Below, piece by piece: positions 52,899-64,000 of a DNA stretch of 64,000 nucleotides. Origin of the DNA: Guillardia theta CCMP2712 (lineage: Eukaryota > Protista > Cryptophyta); the NCBI RefSeq assembly GCF_000315625.1, contig NW_005434561.1, forward strand, positions 124,001 to 188,000, given 5' to 3'. Made by a program: the position numbers and the translations under genes. The first letter of the stretch is position 1; the number at the start of each line of letters is the position of its first letter. Under the pieces are notes generated by a model. That model was not told the DNA's origin and did not search any database. It worked only from the letters and a program-made list of their open reading frames with translations.

Positions 52899-55800
52899 TA
52901 CTCAGATTGACTTCTGTTAATTGTCCAGGTTCTGTATCTCCAGCTGTGACGGAGCTGGAGGCGCCTCTCGTCCTCTCTCAGGGTTCCACACTCGCACGAA
53001 GTCTGTTCCGATCTCGATCGCTGAGACCGACCCAGACCTTCGTCGCTGCACCTGCCCCGTTCGCAAGCTGCTGCTCGAGGACGCGCGGTTGAAGGCGAGC
53101 CGAAGGCCCCGCCCATCGAAAGGCTCCACCTGGTCGGAGCCGATCTGAATGATTGAGAGTCTGGGGCGCACTTTCTGCTTCTTCCTGCAGGAACGCATCC
53201 AGCTGATGGCGTACGTCAGGATGCCACAGACCAAGACGCCGGCCAAGGCGTAGAGAGCGATGGTGGCCTGGAAAGGAAGGGAGAAAGAAGAGACAGGGGA
53301 TGAGGCCGCCAGGTTCGAGACAGTAGCGTCTGAGTTCTGCACTCCCAGCGGCAGTCCTCGCTTCTGAAACTCGTCGTTGAGGTTGTTCATCCTCAGCTTG
53401 CCCGCCACGCCTGCTGCGCTCTTCTCGTTGCTATCGTACACGCCAAACTTGACGTTGATGCCTGACCCGCCTCTTCGAGCTGCCTGCACGCTGTCGATCT
53501 GCACCAGCGACACGTCGACCGACGCCACTGTAGCCACAGAGATCCTGAAAGCCGTCCTCCTCGTCTCGTCGAACTGCGCGACAGAGAGGGGAAGACCGAC
53601 CGACATCTCAACTTTGTAGTTGCCCAGGTTGGGGGATGGGGATGACGGTGAAGATCCAGTGGAAGAAGGCGATGCCGACGACGAGTTCCCTTGAGTCTAA
53701 AGAAGAAGAATCAAACTCGAATTCGCACAAGAAAATGCGGACAATTGAAGCATAGACAGACGCTGAACAACACCAATCAAAAAACTCACCCTCGTGTCGC
53801 ATGGCAATGTTACGGTCCGATTCACGTAAATCGTGCGATTAACATAAACCGTCTGCGAGAATAAAAATTTCAGATAAATCTCCAAATGAATGAGATTTCG
53901 TATTGAAAGCTTATCTGACAAAAAAAAAGAAAAGAAAAAAGAAACAAACAATGCAAAATCAAACAACAACAAAAACGATGGTCACCTTGGTCTCGCAAGG
54001 CTCCATGATCGTCCTGTTGATGTACACCTCCTTGGGTACGTACACTGTGTTGTTGATGTACACCTCCACAGGCACCTCCACCGTCCGGTTGATGTACACC
54101 TCTACAGGGACCTCCACCGTCCGGTTGATGTACACCTCGTACGGCTCTCGGATCGTCCGGTTGATGTACACTTCAACAGGAACAACCACCGTCCGGTTCA
54201 CGTACACCAGCGTTGGCACCTCCACCGTCCGGTTGATGTACACTTCCGTCGGTACGTACACCGTGTTGTTGACATACACCGTCTGATCCGATCGTCCCCA
54301 CCCAGTACAAAACACGCCCGTCACACACTCGTACTTGCAAAGCAACCCAAAGCCCCTTTCCTCCTCTGCCCTTCCCCTCTCCTTCCCTCCCTCTCTCAGC
54401 CCCAAGCCCCTTCCTCCCAGACAAGCCCGTCCTCTCTCTCCCTCTCTCACCTTGGTCTCGCAAGGCTTCATGATCGTCCTGTTGATGTACACCTCTACAG
54501 GCACCTCCACCGTCCGGTTGATGTACACCTCTACAGGGACCTCCACCGTCCGGTTGATGTACACCTCGTACGGCTCTCGGATCGTCCGGTTGATGTACAC
54601 TTCAACAGGAACAACCACCGTCCGGTTCACGTACACCAGCGTTGGCACCTCCACCGTCCGGTTGATGTACACTTCCGTCGGTACGTACACCGTGTTGTTG
54701 ACATACACCGTCTGATCCGATCGTCCCCACCCAGTACAAAAACACGCCCGTCACACACTTCGTTGCGAGATCTCTCCCCAATACACTCACACTCGCACAC
54801 ACCCCTCCCTCCCTTCCTCCCNNNNNNNNNNNNNNNNNNNNNNNNNNNNNNNNNNNNNNNNNNNNNNNNNNNNNNNNNNNNNNNNNNNNNNNNNNNNNNN
54901 NNNNNNNNNNNNNNNNNNNNNNNNNNNNNNNNNNNNNNNNNNNNNNNNNNNNNNNNNNNNNNNNNNNNNNNNNNNNNNNNNNNNNNNNNNNNNNNCGGTA
55001 CCTCCACCGTCTGGTTCACGTACACTACCTTGGTCACCTCCACCGTCCGGTTGATGTACACTTCCGTCGGCACGTAGATCGTGTTGTTCACGTATACAAC
55101 CTGCCCCCCACCCCAAGCCGTCAGTCTCTCCGCCCCGTGCTCGTGCCTCCCCGCCACCTCCTCTCCTCCCTCCGTACCTTGTCTACGCTGCGGTTCACGA
55201 ATACCTCCTTCGGTACCTCCACCGTCCGGTTGATGTACACCACAACCTCCTTCTCCACCGTCCGGTTGATGTACACCTCGTACGGCTCTCGGATCGTCCG
55301 GTTGACGTATACGACCGTCGGCACCTCCACCGTCCGGTTCACGTACACCAGCGTTGGCACCTCCACCGTCCGGTTGATGTACACTTCCGTCGGCACGTAC
55401 ACCGTGTTGTTGACATACACCGTCTGATCCGATCGTCCCCACCCAGTACAAAAACACGCCCGTCACACACTCGTACTTGTAAAGCAACCCAAAGCCCCTT
55501 TCCTCCTCTGCCCTTCCCCTCTCCTTCCCTCCCTCTCTCAGCCCCAAGCCCCTTCCTCCCAGACAAGCCCGTCCTCTCTCTCCCTCTCTCACCTTGGTCT
55601 CGCAAGGCTTCATGATCGTCCTGTTGATGTACACCTCCTTGGGTACGTACACTGTGTTGTTGATGTACACCTCCACAGGCACCTCCACCGTCCTGTTGAT
55701 GTACACCTCCTTGGGTACGTACACTGTGTTGTTGATGTACACCTCCACAGGCACCTCCACCGTCCGGTTGATGTACACCTCTACAGGGACCTCCACCGTC

Positions 55801-58800
55801 CGGTTGATGTACACCTCGTACGGCTCTCGGATCGTCCGGTTGATGTACACTTCAACAGGAACAACCACCGTCCGGTTCACGTACACCAGCGTTGGCACCT
55901 CCACCGTCCGGTTGATGTACACTTCCGTCGGCACGTACACCGTGTTGTTGACATACACCGTCTGATCCGATCGTCCCCACCCAGTACAAAAACACGCCCG
56001 TCACACACTTCGTTGCGAGATCTCTCCCCAATACACTCTCGCACACACCCCTCCCCTCCCCTTCCTCCCTTTCTCGCCCCCTTGCCCCCCCCCCTCCCCC
56101 TCCAATACCCCCAACGTCCTCAAACGTGCCCCCAGCAATGCCCGCTCTCCCTCCCTCACCTTGGTCTCGCAAGGCTCCATGATCGTCCGGTTGATGTACA
56201 CCTCGTACGGCTCTCGGATCGTCCGGTTGACGTATACGACCGTCGGTACCTCCACCGTCTGGTTCACGTACACTACCTTGGTCACCTCCACCGTCCGGTT
56301 GATGTACACTTCCGTCGGCACGTAGATCGTGTTGTTCACGTATACAACCTGCCCCCCACCCCAAGCCGTCAGTCTCTCCGCCCCGTGCTCGTGCCTCCCC
56401 GCCACCTCCTCTCCTCCCTCCGTACCTTGTCTACGCTGCGGTTCACGAATACCTCCTTCGGTACCTCCACCGTCCGGTTGATGTACACCACAACCTCCTT
56501 CTCCACCGTCCGGTTGATGTACACCTCGTACGGCTCTCGGATCGTCCGGTTGACGTATACGACCGTCGGCACCTCCACCGTCCGGTTCACGTACACCAGC
56601 GTTGGCACCTCCACCGTCCGGTTGATGTACACATTTCTTGGAACATCAATTATTCGATCCTTGTAAATTGTATTGTTGACGTACACAACCTAGGTCGCCC
56701 TTTATTTTGATTGAATGAAATGAAATTCAGAATTCACCTTCTCGTTGCAAGGTAATTCGACTGTTCGGTTAATGTAGACCTCTTTTGTGATGTAAATGAT
56801 TCGATCAACATAAACTGTGTTGTTAATCTTTGAATAGTCAGAATGAATTCAATGTTAGATTCAATTTGTGTCTGTGTACCTTTGTTTTGTTCCTCTCGTG
56901 CTTATTATCATCAATAGCATTCTCATCATCTATAGAATGTTCATCGGTGAATTTGTTCAATTGCAAGCTTTTCATACCATCCTCGTCATCTTCTTCATCT
57001 TCTTGATCGCCTCCATTTTCTTCATCTGAATGAAGCATTAATTTCGCGCAATCCATGGCACATGTGGCTGCATGAAATCCGGGGTTGTAAAATTACCGTC
57101 AGCTTGTGAGTCTTCGCCATGTGATTTGTCGTCTTCGTTGTCATGATTTTCCTTGCTTTGATTCTTTTGATCCACTGGAGTTTTGTACACGTACACAATT
57201 TTTTCAATAGGACGATCAATGTATACAATTTTTCCACCTGCAAATGAGTCATGGATACAAGAAACTTCAATCGCTGGAGTCTTACAATCACTGGCACTTC
57301 AACAGTGCGATTCAAATAAACTATCCGGTCCTCCCCATATTTCTTGCCACTTTCCTCATCCACATAGACTTTTTTCTGAACCTGCCAAAAATTGCTTCAG
57401 TCGCATCATAGCGGATATGAAATGCGTCCGCTACTCACCTCTATTGGCACTTGTTCTTTGACTTTAATGAACTTTGGCACTTCAACTGTCACATTGAGGT
57501 ACACAGATTTTTCCACAGTGTTGTTTCGCACAATCTGTATTTGTGTAAGAACATGCCCAAAAAAAAAACAAAAGTCTTCAAAAATGTTCACCACTTTGCA
57601 GCATGAGCTCGACCCAACTTCAGACGCATATCCTTCTTGACATCTTGTACACACTGAAGAGTTCCCTTTGGAAAATGTCCCAGCTGGACAATCTACACAA
57701 GACGTGGATCCTTTTTCAGAGTATTGTCCAGCAGGACAAGGCATGCATGCAGAGCCCAACTGATAGAACCCAGCATTGCAAGTCCACGGACAAGAGTTCG
57801 TGCTCGAGCCTTTTATCTCCAAATATTCCGAGGAGTCTGGCTTGTTCGAGCACGGTATGCATTCCATAGAGTCAAATCCCACTTTAAATGTTCCCGGATT
57901 GCACGGCATACACGTTGACGACAGCTGTGACTTGAAATGTCCAGGCTCGCATACACAGTCTGCCCTATTCGGCCTTTCATTGCAAGAAGGAGGGGGACAC
58001 TGGTGTGGGGAAACAATTAGTACTAATGTGAACACTTCACATCGACTTACTCTCTGTGTGTTCAATTGCATATAGTTTGCAAGATCAATGGTCAGAATAG
58101 GGTATTAAGGTATGAGGCAGGGATTGCGGACTTACAACCTGGAAAATTTCAAATCATTATCGGGATTCGATGAAACATTGTCTTACATTCTATAAATAAA
58201 TCAGAAGCGGAGGAATTCCAATTAAAATCAAAAGTTTCAGTACCAACAAACTAAACGAATGTGACTGATCTTACCGGGTTGTCCTGTACACAAAGTGAGC
58301 CAAGCACAATTTCAAGAAATGAAGCAGGTGGTACTTACGTAGAAGCACTGAATAGAAGAAAGTTGGAATCCACGGGAGGAAAGCGCAATTCAAGTAAATG
58401 CTTCAAATTTCATGAGAAGGCAATGTAGACTTACATACTGCAAAGAAGAGGAATTTCGAAAGATTAAATGATCAGATCACTGTTCAACAAGGAAAGGCAA
58501 GAATCTTACATTCTTCTTGAAGGATGAAGGCTGTTTGGTTTAACGAGAAACAATCCAGTCAGATTAAAAAATGTTTTCAAACAGGATGAGAATTACCCCC
58601 TGGAGACGAAGGAGCAAAGAGAAGGAAAACCAAGGGTGCATTTCAGACCATAGGTGCAATCGTACAAAAGATCAAAATTAAAAGCTTACCGGCTGCAAAA
58701 ACAAAGTCAGCACAATGCTAAGAATGGAAAAACTAATCCATAAGATCAAGTGATCAAAGGTTCAAGGGATCAAGGATCAAGGGATCAAATATGTCATGCA

Positions 58801-59072
58801 CAAAAACTCTGACTCACCCCCTGTTGATGCGAAAATGAACAAAAAGTAGAAAAGAAGAAGATTCAGAAACTTGAAAGTATTCAAGAATAGAAACTTACGC
58901 AGAAGTGCTTGAAAGGGCGACCTGTAGGTGATGCCACGTTGTTGCATCCAGCATATTCACAATCAAACGTGTAATTGCATGCAATTACGTTAGACGCCAT
59001 GGAAAAGGGAACCATGAAAGAAAAGAAGAATCCCAGAAGGGATAACGTCATGATTTTCTCACTGGCAGTCAT
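52899..59072 (-). CDS. Large type-I surface glycoprotein: signal peptide, micro-exon-encoded Cys-rich tip, CxxC (ephrin-receptor-like/GCC2) repeats, long VYINRTVEVP repeat stalk, TM helix and short tail
   Basis: Signal MTLSLLGFFFSFMVPFSMA; CMPCNPGTFK, CPWTCNAGFY, CMPCPAGQYS; dozens of V(Y)(I/V)NRTVEVP units across duplicated exons; TM IALYALAGVLVCGILTYAISW followed by RKKQK; assembly gap inside. Confidence 0.7.
53985..56690 (-). repeat. Tandemly duplicated exon-intron cassettes encoding VYINRTVEVP repeats
   Basis: Near-identical exons and introns recur (e.g. 54285-54450 vs 55425-55592; 55100-55180 vs 56348-56428). Confidence 0.9.
54822..54995. other. Assembly gap (N run)
   Basis: Ns in sequence. 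Confidence 1.
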
Positions 59073-60782
59073 CGATGATATATCTATCAGAGGATGTTCA
59101 TGGTGAGATCTTGCATCTCATGAGCGAAGACTCTGCATCGCTCGGACCGTCTCCTTGCTCGGGACTGCCGTGCATGATAGGTGCAAACTTTCTAGTTAGA
59201 ATGCCACCCATTGACCACCCCCTCATTTTACATGTTTTGGACGGGTGTGTGGGAAAATGTGCAAGGGTATTGCATTTCGGCTGACGGGGGGTTGTTTCTG
59301 AAATGGGTGAAATTGGGAAATGAGGGGGTACTATCATATAGCAAGGTCCTAGAGGAGGGTGGGTTGTCCTGGTAGGAGCAAACCCGACAAAGAAGAGCTT
59401 GTCGAAGAGTTCTCATGCGCCACCCCCCCCCTGTGACAGGACCCCTGGGATACAATGAGTACCCGTCCATCTCTGCTTGAAAGAACTGGAATAGGACCCC
59501 TTCGGCATGTCTGCACCCTTTCGAGGCACAGCCTCCCCACAGCCTTGTGGTAAGAGTATATCCCCCAGGCAAAAATTTGAAATGGTGGAGAGCAAGATAT
59601 GTACTACCCACCAGATGTCGTGGAGTCAACATATGAAAGATGGGGTACTTGTAAATAAAAGAGGCTCCAGCCGTATCTTTTTTTGAATCTTCCAGTCAAA
59701 CCGATAAAATGTAATACAATTATGTGATTTCAAAGTTTCTAGAAACCCCCGTACAGTTTGGAGCTACTTATAAAAAAAAACGCAGAAAGGCATATGACCC
59801 GTGACAAACATAAAATCTTATAAGTTTAAAAGGGCTTTGTAAAGTTGGGACGGCCGCAGCCCGGAATTCAGAATCCGGCCGAACTGGAAAATGGCCCAGG
59901 ACTCACGGGTAGAGACAAGCCGCTCGTATTATTGATTTTTAAATTAACTTTGAGTAAAATTTTGACCCCCTAGCCCACTATGGAGGCCGGGTCACAGTCC
60001 ATGATTACGACTAAAGATTACAACTAGGCTGTGATACAGAAGATACACCGCACAGCCGCTGAATCATGTGATGCCCGGCGGTCGGAACGTGACTCGTAAC
60101 TCGAGTCGTGGCCCGGACTCAAAGTTAAGTGAAAGCCGGTACTGTACGGTATATGAGTAAAGTATATGACCGAAAGAGTTTGCTGCGCGGCGACTCAGCG
60201 GGCGGCCTTGAAAGAGACTCGGCGGCTTGAAAACTGAAGTACCGTCAGTCAAGTTATACGGCCAGTGACCGACCTCTCATCCGATATGATCAGTGCCGCG
60301 CCGCGCACCCGGCCGGCCCTGAGCTCTGGTTTACTACGGCGGTACTGCTACCGGGTGACCCGGTCCGTTCAACTAGCCTGTAGTAGTACTATAAAAAGTA
60401 CTAACTTAGTAAGTCATCCGATCCGATCATCTGGTGCTTCCGTCTCACGGCGTGGCACACTGTGACACGCAGCCTGACACTCCGCCGGACTCGGCCGCTC
60501 CGAGCTCGGCCCCGGCCGGGGATTCCGACCGACGTCGGCGTGCCGCGTGCAGGAAAGACAGTACTAAGAATCACCCCTGCCCATCCTGGCAGTGGGCCCA
60601 CCGTCGGAGTCCGACGGTCGGCGGCCCGCCACTCCGGCAAACCGTTTTATTTGACCGCGTCGGTTGTGTAAATCATATCAGTCTTGACAAATGTTGGAGA
60701 ATGTGTATGCGCGGAATTGCGACAAGAGAGGAAGAAATGCAGTAGAGAACTTTCAGCTGCGGATTGCAATGACGATGATGCA

Positions 60783-64000
<3,218 letters not shown>

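Noticed and set aside
58238-58253. Additional 7-nt micro-exon candidate
   Set aside because: Would break frame and require a ~25-nt intron, shorter than the others here

Overview
Intron-rich, GC-rich eukaryotic algal genomic DNA. Short GT-AG introns, bipartite plastid-targeting N-termini and low-complexity purine/pyrimidine tracts suggest a cryptophyte such as Guillardia theta (inference). It carries a ~22.9 kb, more AT-rich, intronless endogenous Polinton-like virus (PLV) at 12791-35665. The PLV has ~1 kb terminal inverted repeats (TIRs) and encodes major and minor capsid proteins, a packaging ATPase, a 2607-aa modular fibre, Tlr6F-like and SLATT-like proteins, a frameshifted D5-like helicase and a tyrosine recombinase. 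It has no recognisable polymerase, RVE integrase or protease. It sits in one copy of a locally triplicated host segment, so the empty site is visible: there is no 5-6 bp target-site duplication (TSD), only a GAG core, and the reconstructed end-junction is a palindrome with a 3-nt spacer. Non-coding signals in the virus include a candidate Pol III (TATA/A-box/B-box) VA-RNA-like unit, a thrice-repeated origin-like palindrome and a dispersed GC hairpin. Host genes include KATNIP, a glutaminyl cyclase, PIP5K, an IP3R-N/coiled-coil fusion, a Cas1/SGNH O-acetyltransferase, an LRR protein and a 2OG-Fe(II) oxygenase. A predicted surface glycoprotein gene appears to build its N-terminal region from ten codon-aligned micro-exons, seven of them a single codon long. 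All calls are by eye; no database searches were run.
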